Below, in pieces: positions 38,200-51,894 of a DNA stretch of 64,000 bases. The translations under genes and the position numbers were made by a program. This stretch comes from Callorhinchus milii (taxonomy: Eukaryota), in assembly GCF_018977255.1 (NCBI RefSeq), contig NW_024704743.1, forward strand, positions 51,958,001-52,022,000, given 5' to 3'. The notes beneath the pieces are model-generated. The model did no database searches. It saw nothing but the letters and a program-made list of their open reading frames with translations, and was not told where the DNA came from. Each line of letters starts with the position of its first letter. The stretch's first letter is position 1.

Positions 38200-39500
38200 C
38201 GGTTCAATTATTGCGAGAAACCTTATCACAATATTATTGAAAAGTCAATTACTGTGCACGGCTGCTTTATGTAAGTTGGCAGGCGTGCTGTTTAATAAAC
38301 ATTTATGAGAACAGTCAGATGGAGTTGGCCCATTTTCCAAACAATATGGCTGCCAGAGCCTGTTCCTGAGAGGCGTTATACCCGAGTGCACCTTCTAGGA
38401 TTGACGAGTCACAGTCAGACAGGTGACATTTACTCAGAGAATCAGCTTGGCATGCCCAAGCTGCCAGCTTCATTGTAAAAAGCTTTTTGGAGGAAGCAAA
38501 CAATTTTCATCATGGAATAATTTCCACGATATGGCCTATTGCCAGTGACAGCTGATATCTGTTTCCCTTCTCCTCAAACAACTGTAATGTCCATTTTCCC
38601 CCTTCTACCAATTTTATTAATTCTCTCCGGTACCTTACCCACAACCTACAAACATGCAGAGATAAATAAAAGGTTTCTCTGCAGATTTTGTACAGACAAC
38701 GTAAATGGATATTGTTCCTGACATCCTGTGAAGTTGTCTCTTTCCCTTGTATCTTGAGGGAGCAGGGGACCTTCTGGAACTATTCTAACCTCACTGCATT
38801 TTTAATGCTAGTCCCTGAAATGCAGGGCAGCAAGATGTTGTCACCTTGGCATATTTTATCACTGATCAAACATTAGTCGGCAGCTGTTGTAAACTTGTAA
38901 CACTGTCTCATCAACCACGGCTGCTGTTTCATGGCCAGGGTGTGGGATCTCACCCAGCTTCCCTGTTTTTTTTAACTGTACCACATGTGCACGGAGTTTC
39001 TTAAGGGATTTGCTTTAATTTTTTTTGCAGTACGGCTGCAGAGTCCCAAGCTGTGTGCCTTGTTGGCAATGATTGATTACCCAATATCTAATTAAACCTG
39101 ATCCAATCACTTATTATGCAGAGTGTAACAAACAAACTGAAATCGACTGTCAGCCCCTGTGATTGATGATGCCGCCAATTCAGCTTTTGTTTAGTCTAAT
39201 GTCTTGACGCTTGTTACAACCAGCAAAGCTGTATTGGACAAAGCATTCTGTCAGTCGCCACATGATCCTCCATTGCAAATGGAACATAGCTTTGGTAAAT
39301 GGAAATTATTATTTGGGACAGAAGAGATTTTGTTTGGCTTACACTGCGCAATCAGATCGAAGCTCCAGGGCGTGTGGTTGTTGAGGGGTGCCGCTCTGGT
39401 AACGCAGCATCAAGACTGTGGCAGATATGACACTGAAGCAAAACTTATCACAGCAATCACTTATTTTATTTTCGAGGCAACGTGGCTTTTTTAACATTGT
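38200..39500. promoter_or_regulatory. Candidate conserved non-coding enhancer block
   Basis: No recognisable repeat or ORF; TGATTGAT at 39070 and 39160, CTGTCA at 39147 and 39248, CTAATTAA at 39088; conservation not testable here. Confidence 0.4.
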
Positions 39501-40834
39501 ATTGAGAATAAAACAATCTGCACCAATTTATTTCAATACCTTGGTATCTAAATGTCATGAGGAATGAGCATTTTAAATAAAACAATTGTCCAATAAGTTA
39601 CACTTGCTATGATGTTAGGCGTACATAAATACACAAAGCTCAGAGCAGCATGGTAATACATCATTGTTGGAATACCCCTTTTCAAAAGATGGAGTTGCAC
39701 TGCCTTTATCATGCTAAAAGATGACTAATGTGGCTTGATGTACAATACAGAAGGTGTAATCATGTTTGAACTTCATATACCATAGTATTTGCCTATTTAA
39801 GTTAGAGATTCTGCAAAAAACATAACTTTGTAAGGGAGAGAAGCACTTAACTACAGTATATACATGAAGCTTCTCAAAAGTTTTGTATTAACAAGGATTG
39901 TTCGTGGGGTTAGCAACACCAATTGAGAATCCACTGGAATGGGCCAGAGTCATTTTAAATGTTCTTTCTTGGGAATTTTCCAACTTGGCTGCTTAAGAGA
40001 GGTGATGGGTTAATCCCAACACTGTTCCTACTTACTCCCAATTGGAAGGTTCACAGAAATGCTGGCTGCAAGCTTCCAGCAGGTGGCTGGTTAACTGAAG
40101 CAATCAGAGCATGTCCCACTTTACCTTTAAAGAGGCTGTGTCTTCCTACTGTCCATTTGGGGGTGTGTGTGTGAATGAGTGGAACAGCATGGGATAAACA
40201 GTTTGCTATCGCATGAAGAGCTTTTCTATTATTGATTTCTGATTGGCAAAAAAATATGTAGATGACACATCGCTTTCAGATTCCTTATTTAGACTCAGAA
40301 CACAAAATACCCATCTTTTACCTGATGTGAAAACTGCCAGAATTATTTTTGTAGCAGCTATGAAGGATTACTTGGTTATTGCCAGCAATTATTGTCATTT
40401 CCAGGTGCTTATTCATGGGTTCAACCAGAGGTCACACATGGGAATTTAAGGGAAAACATTTAATAACAAAAGGAAAAGAGACAAAGGGGCTGAAAATGCA
40501 TTAGTTGTAAAGCAGGAGCCACTACCTTAACGTTGAGTTCTGTTTTGCGACTACAATTGTGATAAATAAAATTGGTCATTCACTTTATGGCTGTTCGTAG
40601 GACATTGCTGGGTGAAAATTGGCTATCGCGTTCCCCTACAAGAACAACAACATGCATTTGTATACAGCACTTCACGCAGGGTATATTGTGATAGATTTGA
40701 CTGAAATTCATATGCTAAGTGATGCTTGATAGGAGGATGGGTCCAATCTCAAACTATAATGTGGCACAGTAAAACTCTATTGTTCCACAACCATGATACT
40801 TATATTTCTGTACATGTTTTATTTGGATGTTTAC

Positions 40835-41300
40835 TGATAATTCAGTACTCTGCAGCCTGTATCCTCTCCCACACCAACATCCATGAGCCTATCATCTCCA
40901 TCACTGCTCAGCTCCGTTGGCTCCCCGTCCCCAGTGAATCGAATTCAAGATCCTCAATCTCACTTTCAACTCCCTCCACGGTCTCACACCACCCTACCTC
41001 CACACCCTCCTTCAAAACAACCAACCTGCCTGCTCCCTTCGCTCAGCAAGCACCGACCTGACCCCCGCTCAGTTCTCAGTCATTCTGCCCACACTCTCTG
41101 CAACTCCATTCCGGAGTCCCTCCAACTCCCTCCCTCCCCTCGTTCAAGATCCGTCTCAAGTTATGAACATGCCTTTAATCATCTTTCCTCTCTCCACATC
41201 ACTCCCGACTTCCATGTATTGCTTGGGTGCCTTTTCAGCATTTCAAGTGTTTTGAGATGTCCTCCTGACCCGAAAGGCACTGTATAAGTATAAATTATAT
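40835..41300 (+). mobile_element. L2 3' fragment
   Basis: IIQYSAACILSHT..PIISITAQLRWLPVP, RIQDP; tail ttgagatgtcctcctgacccgaaaggcac. Confidence 0.9.
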
Positions 41301-43081
41301 CATATTTTGTATGACTAAGATGCTACAGATGCAACCACTGTCTGATATATGTCCTATCTTGTTAGTTCATTTAAAGGTATCAGTAGTTAGCTGTTATTAT
41401 TTTTAAAGCTATCTACACTCCCATATGCATTCAGTTTTTCTATAGTTATAAAGGCTAACTATAACTACAGAAAAAGTGGAAGTCCACAGCAGATCAACCA
41501 GTTACTGACAGAAAAAGAAAAGTTAACATTTCATGTTTGGTGCTGGAATGCAAAACTGTAATGTTATTTTATTCCAGTGTCATAAATTTGACATCAATGC
41601 ACACAACATTGTGGTTAGGTATCACATTCTAACCTTTGTGAAGGCTTTTCCAATTGTTCATCTAAACTGGTCAGTTTAATCCAATTATTCATTGACTACC
41701 AGAGTCCAGTCAACATAAACATCACAATTTTCATTTCTTTATTCTGTTCCAAACTGTCCTGATCCGAAAAATATAAAAACAGCAATGAAAAATATATTTT
41801 GTTCTACAATACATTTTAATACAGTCCACTTAAGATTACGCTCCCCAGATAACTGTATAAAACAATAGGAACTCAGATATACACTTAAAAACAAACACAG
41901 AACAGCTTGAGGTCTAAATATCCATAATTATATAAGCTTACATTACAGATAGAATATAGAACAGAAACATAAATTTACGGAGCAACTTCTAAGAGAAGAA
42001 AACCATAATGGTTTCTGATAGCATTAAAAATAAATGTTTTAAACCAGGGCACAGAAAGGCTAACATTACGAAATGCAACTAAATTTAGCATGTGAAATGT
42101 TATCCTAGGCAGGGTCTCACAGAACATCTCTCTTAATTTTCACTTCAATTAATCTCAAGAACTTCATCTTCTGATCCCAATGACAGTAGCCTCCAGGTTC
42201 TTGGGAGCAACTGCAGGGAGAAAATTATCTGACACATATCAAACAACTGAGAACTGACACCCGGACAACATTAATCAAAACTTTCTCATTTCCTGAAGAA
42301 TTAAGCATTAAATAATTAATTCAGCCACTACAGGCTGCTGTAAAGGAAGACTCATGCTTCCCTGCTGCTACGAATTTGTCCTTGTCTGAAAGACTAGATT
42401 GATATATTTATTATTTATCAGATTAATCATGGCCAGAAACGTTATAGATTTGCAACTGGGCTCTGTCAGTTACATTGCAGGTGCCTGTTATTGGAGCACA
42501 AGGGTAACTATACACATCAGCAGAATTCAAAGGGGCACTCTAGCCCCAAGCATTATTTTTAAAAGAGCCACAAAAAGTTGTCATTGATCCTTTACATCAG
42601 TGGAGGCCCTGAGGTCCCGGGGTCATTTTTATTTCTGTTTACTAACGATGAGGGAGAGCTGTGGGAGATGGTTGAGAATGTGAATTATCTTTCCACAATC
42701 TATACTGTATTTTAAATCTAACAGTTTGTAGACAGGAATCAATCCTCTTACATGTTTATCAGTGTAACAGCATTTGTACAGCCCATCCATGCTATGCCGT
42801 CTTGTCTAAACAACGTGAGTAAGTGTTTAAAATTACACATAAACCAAACATTTTGCTGTTTAGTGATTATATGAAACACACTGAAAATTACAGTTCAGCT
42901 GTTTATGATCTCCCAATTTTCTTAAATGTAATGAATAACATTTGAAGTTAATGCTTAAAAACATTCCTTCTCAAATAAATTCTTGCCTTGTGCCTTGCTA
43001 ATTATGGTGATTACTGCAACATTTCTTATTGATGTGATATATTGGCAGTACACCTCCTCAGCACGTTTTGCTCTTAATGAA

Positions 43082-43393
43082 ACAAGTGAGACCTGAGTTT
43101 GATTCCTGTCAGGGCGAAATGTTGGGCAAATTTCCTTACTCCACACGCCTCTGTTTACCTAGCAGTAAGTTGGCACCCGATTGACGGATCGTTTTTCTGG
43201 CAGACATAGTTCCTTAAAATAATAATAAATTGGTCATTCAATCCACGACTGTTTGTGGGACACTGCTGTGCGCAATTGGCTGCCGCGCTTCGCCCACAAA
43301 ATATACAGTCAATTCACTTTACAGTACATTCTGTGAAGCGCTTTGAGGCATTTCGACAGTGCTATATCAAATGCAAGGATTATTATTATATTA
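43082..43393 (+). mobile_element. Deu-domain SINE type A, 5' part of head missing
   Basis: gagacctgagtttgattcc..gcctctgtttacctagcagtaagt..Deu core..atcaaatgcaaggattattatta. Confidence 0.9.
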
Positions 43394-44929
43394 TGAACAA
43401 AAAAGTGAAAATAAAATGAAGTGGAAACCTGCTATTAAGGGCAGTAAATAGATTGTTGTGTTTTGTTCTTATTGGTGAGTCGTTTGCCATATACAGAACC
43501 CCATCTTCAGGTTTAAAAGTATCCAAACCAGACAGAGAATTCTATTTGTATAATCCACCTACACGTGGAAGTTTACCTGTGTCTGGCATGGAATGAGCAT
43601 TTAATTTTAGAAAGTATTAGGGGCAGGTTGGTAAGAGCCAAAGCCTGGGGACCCCATGGTATACATTGGAGAACTGCTGGAATTTAACCAGCAACATAGC
43701 TTGCCATTGAGCTTGCCTTTGATTGCACTGTCTGGTAAGCTTCCTGTGTCTGTCCAGCAAGGACCACCTTACCTATTAAGACTTTAGTTTGCAGAGTGAA
43801 CAGGAGCAAGATAGGAAGACTCTCTGGTCTCAGTGACTGGTCTCACCCTCCAAGCCCTGCTGAGGAGCCAGGCTGGCTGGTTGGCATAAGCATTTATGAA
43901 TAAGATGGTTTTAGAGAAAATAGTAATGAAACAATTTGATCATCAATTAAAAATGTCTAGCATGGAAATAATACTAGAACAACTATATCATGAGGTCTAT
44001 TTTGAGATATTTATTTTCAGGATTAATTAGGAATTTGAGTCTGGAAATAGGGAAAACAGCCAGCAAGTGGACCGATGTCACATCATCCCCATGAACTCCA
44101 TTCCAATGAGAACTGTTTCCTGAGTGGAGTTCCTGCAAGTCATTGGGAATTCTAAAGAGATTCCTTAATAAGGAATTTATTAATATAGAGTCCCGTATCC
44201 ACGAACCCCATTAAAAAGAACTGCAAACTCGTCCCCAATACTAGAAAAGGGTGATGTTACATATTTCTCTAACCTGCCTTTTAGTACCAGTGAGAATGAA
44301 GCTGACCCAAACTACCTTCTATTCCTGTATGGTTTTATGAAATATTATTGCTCTGACGTTAAGTTTTGAGTTCGTTAAAATAAACATTTATTTATGCCAC
44401 ATCTAAAATGAATAATTCAATCAATAAGCTAAATATTTAATAAAGAAGGATAAATGGTTCATCCATGGCAGTTATGTATGATCAAATATTGTCTGTCATT
44501 CTGGAATGAGCTTCAGGTACTGACAAAAAGCCATCATGTTTGGAAAAATGGTGAGAGCTATCAGTAGGTTGGGGTGATAACATCGGGTAGCCTTACATTA
44601 TAGTGCAGTAAAAATATTGACCACAATGAGGATTTTCAGACGCCTAAAGATATATCATTGGAAGTGCCTTCCACAGTCTTCTAAATGTCCATATTAATGT
44701 CTACGTGTCCATGTTAGTACAATGTATGAGGTGCTGGAGAGATTGGTTCATAAATTAATGCATGAAAAAGTTTTGTTACATGGCATTTAACTGAACATGG
44801 CATTTAACCAGGTTATCCAATAACAATGACAGAATTTAAACTATTTCCAAATCATATGCAATTCTTTCTGTATATTTAATTAATTTGACATTTATATTGT
44901 TACAGTTTTATAGCTTTACTCCACAATAA

Positions 44930-45680
44930 ATTGTGTGAAGTGCTTTGAGATATCTTCTCGATGTGAAAGGAGCTATATCAAATGCAACAAGATCAACAAA
45001 TTTTGTGCCTTTCATGTCGGGAGAACTTCCCAAGGTGCTGGACAGTCAAGGGCTTGCACCCAAGCCAGTGGGTTGGAGGCAAGAGGGGTAGAGGGCAATG
45101 GGGTGGTGGTGGAGAGATGAATGAAGGATAGGAAAGGGGGCATTTTGGGGGATCGTAGCTCCAGTCAGGGGTGGCAGCCAAATGTGCCCACTAAGACTAG
45201 GAGCAGTGGATGCAGGATTATTATCAATTATCAATCATCATTGGAATGTTCATACAATGAAAATGGCATTTGCTGAAGAGGTAATTATAAAAATGTTACC
45301 TGGAAGCTTCTGATTTACATCTCATTTTATATTTTATATCAGCACACTGAGGCATTGCCCTGAGTTAAGGGTGCTATATAAAGGCAAATTGTTGTTTTAT
45401 ATTTATATGCATAATATACAACTACAATTTACATTTATATAACTCTTTCACATCAGGAGGACATCTCAACGTGCTTAACAATGATGGCTGGACGCCCAGA
45501 CTGGGGGTGGGAGCTGAATGGCGTGGGGAGGGGAAAGATAATCAAAAGCGCAGTCAAAGAAATACATTTTGGGGTGGACATAGTTTTAGAGAGTGGGAGC
45601 AGAAAGGCTGAAAGCCCACTCATGGATGGTGGAGCAGATAGGCTGAGGGACATGAAACAGGCCGGGGAGCAAGGAGCATA
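44930..45680. mobile_element. Cluster of SINE and L2 3' ends in both orientations
   Basis: SINE tail + (44930-44992); L2 3' UTR - (44990-45180); L2 tail + (~45345-45397); L2 - (45418-45680, atggatggtggagcaga). Confidence 0.7.
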
Positions 45681-47734
45681 TATTATTAGACATCTAACTT
45701 TCTATTTGCAGGTGGATATCTTTCTTAATTAATACATATGTGCTGATCTGGAGAAATGCAGAAATATATATCGGAACAAGAAACTAAAGAAGAGTTTAAT
45801 AAAGGAACCAGCTAAGCTCATGTCAATTAAAAAGCTACCAGGTTTATTAAATATAGGGAAAGATCAATCAAATAAATATTCAGTAAAATTAGATGGACCA
45901 TCCATGGACCGATGCTCTACTCCTGCTGATATAGTTACTATATTGTCATATTACTATTTGTTAGCACTTTGATAAATTAAGTACAGTACTTCAATTACAA
46001 TTGATATTGAATCCACTTTTTTCATTTTGCACACAAGATGGCACAAGGTATAGCTGGAGGCAACCAGGGTGACGACATATGTCTCACAAAGTTGTTTCTA
46101 GGTATGAGGGAAATCCACTGGGTGGCAACAGTATAAAGAACACTGCAACAACCCTATGCCACAAAGGATCTATTAACTCTATAGATAAGTCTCTAGGAGG
46201 AAGGAGGTCCAGCGGTGAGTAGTGTAGATGCAGGGATGGATGAATAGACTTTTCCTGATTACCTTTGTGGATAGGAAGTACCTATGCAGAACTTTCCTCT
46301 GGGAGATAGAGTGAGATGGAGGTTTTTGAACAATCTCTGGAAGGAGTGGGTTTGATGGGCCAATTGCCCTTTATTGGTTTATATTCTAATGCCAATTCAT
46401 AGTCAGCAATAGAATATGAGATTCAGTCACTAAGGAGATAAATAAACTTCTAAGAGCAGCCCTTTGTTTAGAGATTCTAATATCTCAATCTTGAGAGTTA
46501 CGGCAGTAACTTTGTAAAATGGTATAACAAATATAATAATGCTACAATGAACAGCAATGAGCTGAAGCAATAGGTATTGTCATTATATAAAAATAGTGAA
46601 TTAATTTAATATTAAAATACTGACAATCTAGTCTATTTTACTTTTTCATTATGTCAGGAGGGGTAAGTATGTTGCAGTTATGGCAGTGAATGCGTTAACC
46701 ATAGTGGAGAAGAATATGGTAGAAGTGTTGGGCATTTTTTGAATTATAGAATCAAAGAATTTTGAATGCAGAAAGTGGCCGTTCTGCCATCCTTGCTGCT
46801 GTTCAACTCACAAGACATTTAATCGAATCCCTCGCTCACTCCTCACACGATTTTTTCAAGCATCTATCTAATCATGGTAAGTGCTAAGAGGAGTTTGGAC
46901 CATAATGCTGGATGATCCATTTGTCTTGGAGAAGTCCTTACTCTTCATCTGTTGCTGAGGTGAATATCAAGGAGTATCTGCAAGGCCTGATTACATTAAC
47001 AAGGAAACTGCGTTAATTTTATGAATGGAACTTTACAGCCTTATAATGCAGCCTGCAGTCATATGCGTGTTTAAATAATGAATTGTCCTGCAGTCATTAG
47101 ATTCAATGGCTAAGTTGAAATATTTGTTGACATTGTTCATGTCATAATCTATCTTCCTATTGCTTTCACCATTTGCAATTACTAATGTAACTATAACCAA
47201 CTAACTGGATATCCAAAACTTTAACTGTAGATCTTACTGCAGATCTTACATTTATGCACACTGTTCAATTAAAAACCTTTATAAATGCTTTTATCTGTGC
47301 GCAAAGTGCTTAACTATTGCATGAACTTATTATGGGGAAGGAATGCAGCATATAATGTTGTATTATCACAGACGATAATATCATATGTTGCATATTTCCT
47401 CCCCACTCCAATACATTATCAGATTTGTATTACCTTTATCATCTGAATACACTGATAGGCATGAATATGATCAATTAAGTAAATCCTGTGTTGTCGAAAC
47501 CTTCACAATTGCCCTTCAGATTATTCTACTAGAAGTCAGTTTTTATTCATATAGAAATTACCATTGTTGTTGTACTGACAGATAGACTCTTCATTAGGCA
47601 AGACATTTATATAGTATTTTACAATGTTTGGTAGATCAGTGTACACACATCAACACCCTAAACATCACAACAATTGCACTTTTATTGTCCAGTTGTGCAA
47701 TAATAGTTTGACTATTCAGATTCTATGTTCCTAA

Positions 47735-47895
47735 CCGCTGGAGCTCCCTTCCTTTACCTCTCCATCTCAACCGCTCTATATCTGTCCTCAAGTCCAGTCT
47801 CAAAACCTCTTTGTCTGTGGTCTTCCACGCTCTTCCCTGCTACACTGATCAATGTCTGACCCCACCACTGTATAAGCACTGCAAGACATTATCTT
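47735..47895 (+). mobile_element. Degraded L2 3' end
   Basis: cctaaccgctggagctcccttcc..ctcaagtccagtctcaaaacctctttg..aagcactgcaagaca. Confidence 0.65.
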
Positions 47896-48349
47896 GTGTG
47901 AAGGGCTCAATATCAATGTAACTTTTTGTTCAGTTATAATTGGATTAGAGACTAATGACATGGCAGGTGGCATGCTTGTCTGATCAGTACTCTGTGTAAC
48001 CAATGCAACTACTATAACAATTCCAACTAAACTCACAGAACATACACATAAAGTCCTGTAACATTCATTCTTATATAAGAACAGCCTGTTAATTACCATT
48101 AAGCAAGAGTATAGTCCTATTGCAATTCTTGGTACATTTAGCAAAACGTTTCTCACAGCAATAGAAATAGTAGAATACCCAGATACCATCCCTATGCTAT
48201 TTTCGCTGTACTAATAGTTTGTTTCCAATTTTTACTCCAGTTTGAAGTAAGTGTGCCAAATAGACCCCAAATAAATCCTAATTTTCAATGTTCAGAACGT
48301 TACTGCATTTGTTCTGACAGCTCCATTGTATCTCTAAAATTAAAGGTGA

Positions 48350-48862
48350 GGTGCCAGCTGAGCTCAGTTGGTAGCACTCTCACATCTGAGTCAGAAGGTT
48401 ATAGTTTCAAGCCTCAAGTTGGAACTTCAAACTTAGCCTAGGCTGACCCTCAAGCGCATGACTAGGTTGTGCTGCATTGTTGGAGGAGGATCCTTCAGAT
48501 GAAATGTCTGCCTCTTTGGATGGATATTAAAGATCCCACAGCACAATTCAAAACGAGTTTCTCCCGGTCTCCTGGCCAACAATCCCCCAAATAAAATGTA
48601 TCATTGAATTACATAGGAACATAGGATAACAGAGGCTATTCAGCCCTTCAAGCCTGTTCCGCCATTTAATTAGATCATGGCTGATCTGTACCTCAACTAA
48701 TCCTTTCAATTCCTTTCAATTTCATGGAAGTTTGTAGGACACTGCTGTGCACAAATTGGCTGCCAGGTTTGCCTACAAAATACAGTCACTTGACTTTATA
48801 GTGAATCTTGTGAGGCACTTTGATGTGAAAATCTCTATTATCAAATGCGATAATTATTATTT
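48350..48862 (+). mobile_element. Deu-domain SINE type C with nested CR1-clade tail (48611-48698, minus)
   Basis: Head ggtgccagctgagctcagttggtagcactctcac..; insert acataggaacatagg..ggctattcagcccttcaagcctgttccgccatttaattagatcatggctgatc. Confidence 0.85.
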
Positions 48863-50109
48863 TAAAAAGGAAGTTCCTGCCCTGGCCAATGTAATGCTCT
48901 GGTAAACAGCTAGTGGGAAATATTTAAATAGACAGCATTGGATTAACACCTTTCATTCTGCATGAAAATGTGATTGGCTGAAGCCTGGAGTGTCTTGAAC
49001 TCTGGAAATATTGGCATGAGTTTCTTCCCTCTCCTGGAATAAAGTAAACTCATATTCCCTGCTTTAATTAGATTTGACTGGGTTTTCTTTTGATGCAAGG
49101 GATATTTATATTCTACAAATTTCACTTTGTTGGATAGCAATCTGTTTGCACTGTACTTGTGATACGATATGGCCAGAAAAATAGATATTTATGAGACCAA
49201 CAAAACAACGCATTTCTCGAGTTCAAAGGGGTGTTGAACTACAAATACTTAGAATGACATTTTCCGCAATATTCAAAGTGACAAGCCTGCAGTGTACTAT
49301 AGAAAAACAATTAGTTGAAGTCATCCAATCTCTGGGTAATTGTTCATAAAATAAGGCAGGACAAGTAATGATACTGGTTCCTGTGGTATTTTAAGAGAGT
49401 CTTGAAAGTACCACAAGGGTGCACTTTGGCATGAGGAATCCAGACACTCACTGTTGCTCTCAGTAAGAGTTTAAAAGTTAACTGATCACAGGACTCTGCA
49501 TAGCCTTCAGGAAAAGTTTTTTTCTAAAACCATTTTCTGAAAGCAGAGGTCATATGAAAACAAAATAAAGGCTGAAAGGATGAATCCAGGTCTTTAATAT
49601 TTCAAAATTTATTTACAATTTGTGCTCAGAGTGGCCACTGTCCTGGGAGTGTACAAACAACTGAGAAATGATTGTCAAAACAAAGGCTGCCTCAGAAAGA
49701 TCTGTTCTCGTCTGTCCTGACGCATAAGCAGTAGGATCTAATGAAGGCTGAACACTGAATCATTTTGTTCCTGACACATCAATTAAAAACATATATTTGA
49801 CTTCACAGCGAAGGTCAATATCAGGAAGGCATAGATTGTGCACTAATACCGCTGACCTCCATTCTTTGCGCTTTGGCCACTCACAGAGCCACAACCCAGG
49901 GGCGAGGAGTAGTGGTCAATGGTACAACTGCATACACCACTGCAGTATATTCCTGACAACTAATGCCTGCTGTAACAAGTTCAGAATATTATGAAGTTAG
50001 GAAGGAAATCCTGACAATCTGAACACTCGACATAGGGATAGAGAAAGCCTTTTCTTCTCAAACACCTTTCTGATTTGTGGTTTATCCACCACATAATCAA
50101 TCTCAGGAG

Positions 50110-50448
50110 AATTCAAAGTAGAGCCCTGGCTTGGAGCTTTGAACCCATATACTCTATGCTGACATTTCAGTGCATTGCTGGTGATGCGCTGCATTGCCAG
50201 AGGTGCCATCCTGCGGATGAGACGTAAAACGAAGATCCCGTCTGCCCTGTTCAGGTAGATATTAAAGATCCCATTGCACTATTCGAAAAGAGAAGAGATG
50301 TTTGTGGTAAATTGCTATTGCTATTGGGTGCCATATTTCTCCCATAAAATATAGTCAAATCCACTTTACACTGTATCCTGTGAAGCGCTTTGAGACGTCG
50401 CAATGATGTGATAAGGCGCTATGTCAAAACGCAAGAATTATTATTATT
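50110..50448 (+). mobile_element. Deu-domain SINE type C, head degraded
   Basis: gaggtgccatcctgcggatgagacgtaaaac..attaaagatcccattgcactattcgaaaag..aagcgctttgagacgtc..attattattatt. Confidence 0.85.
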
Positions 50449-50826
50449 GATATAGCACCTTATCACATCATCAAAACATTTCTTCAAAGTTTAGTGAGCA
50501 TGTATTTGTAGGCAAATGTGGCAGCCAATTTGTGCGCAGTAATGTCCCACAAACGTCATGAAATGAAGAAATAATTGTATTTCGGGAGATTGTTACCCGG
50601 GACACTACCTCTCTATTCAACAATTGTCATGGGATGTTTACCATTCATCTGAACAAGCAGGCAGGACCTCACTCAAAGGACAGCACCTCCAACAGTGCAG
50701 CATTCCCCCAGTACTGCGCTGGAGTATCAGCCTGGACTGTGAGCTCAAAGTCCTCAAATTGGGGTTTGAACCCATAACCTTTTAACTAGAGGGGAGATTG
50801 CTTCCAACTGAGCCAGTCTGACACCT
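50447..50826 (-). mobile_element. Deu-domain SINE type C
   Basis: Tail, gcagccaatttgtgcgcag core, head ending caactgagccagtctgacacc. Confidence 0.85.
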
Positions 50827-51894
50827 AAATATAAATAGGATAAATAGGAAGAGTTCATCATAGGATGGATTGAAACAAGCCTCTGATAGTTTTGTGATGA
50901 TAAATCTATTCACATTTGTAAATTAAAATAACCTGGTAATATTGGGAGATGTAACATAACATTAGTCATAACATTAATGGAGTCCAGTATCACATGCAAC
51001 TGAACTTAAAGCAGTTGGGCTTCAAGCAAAATTTTATACAATGCTTTATCAGTACATTTGACCTTTTAGAGATTTGATAATTGCAAATTTCTTATTGAGA
51101 AATCTATTAAGAAACAACACAAACTAGATCCCAATATTATATGCAATGAAGAGCATGACCTTCGAGCAGAAGTGAATAGGAGTTTAATGAACATATTAGC
51201 AATACAAATGTTGAAAAACCAAACCCATTTTTCGATAGCTATTTTATTCATTCCCTTTAAAGCTGCAGCATATATATAAGCCATTTCAATGATATACTTG
51301 GAAAATTAATAATTTATAATTATCCAGCCGGAAATCCCTCTGTGACTCGACTGATTTAGAAGTAGGGTCTGACAGTAAAATCGCTAGAGACGTAACATTT
51401 AAATAGAGTTTCAAATAAAAACAAAGTGAAAATGATGCTAAATCCAGCAGGGTTTGAGTTACTTTTATTGTATTATCATGGGTTTGCAACATATCAGCTT
51501 GTAAAACAACAATTAAAAATTTCAGTTTTGTTTTAAGTTTATTTCCATTTAAATTTTCCAGTCCTCTCTTTTGAACTTATTTTTGTGCCCTTGTGAGGTC
51601 CGTCCTGAAAACTAGCTGTTAGGTGGAAATGGACTACATCCCACCTGACATCTGACAAAATTACTCTCTAACTTGACACTAGATGGGGTGTGCGAATTGC
51701 CCTGAGCCACTCGGTCACTAGTTCTCTTCCTCGTAGTGGGGAGATGATGCATCGCTGTTTAGCGGCTTCCCCAATAGCACCACTTGAGTACATGGACTCT
51801 CAAACAGGGGTGAGGCTGTGGAGGTGAAAAGAAGAAAAGTGCAATTCAACAACAACTTGCATTTATGTAGCACCCTTTAAATAATGTCTTCCAA

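Noticed and set aside
42113..42203. Possible minus-strand exon after ttttctccctgcag
   Set aside because: One open frame gives an unrecognisable peptide and the donor is weak; expected by chance in 64 kb
49798..49817. Everted nuclear-receptor half-sites (TGACTT-n8-AGGTCA)
   Set aside because: Single imperfect motif with no other support
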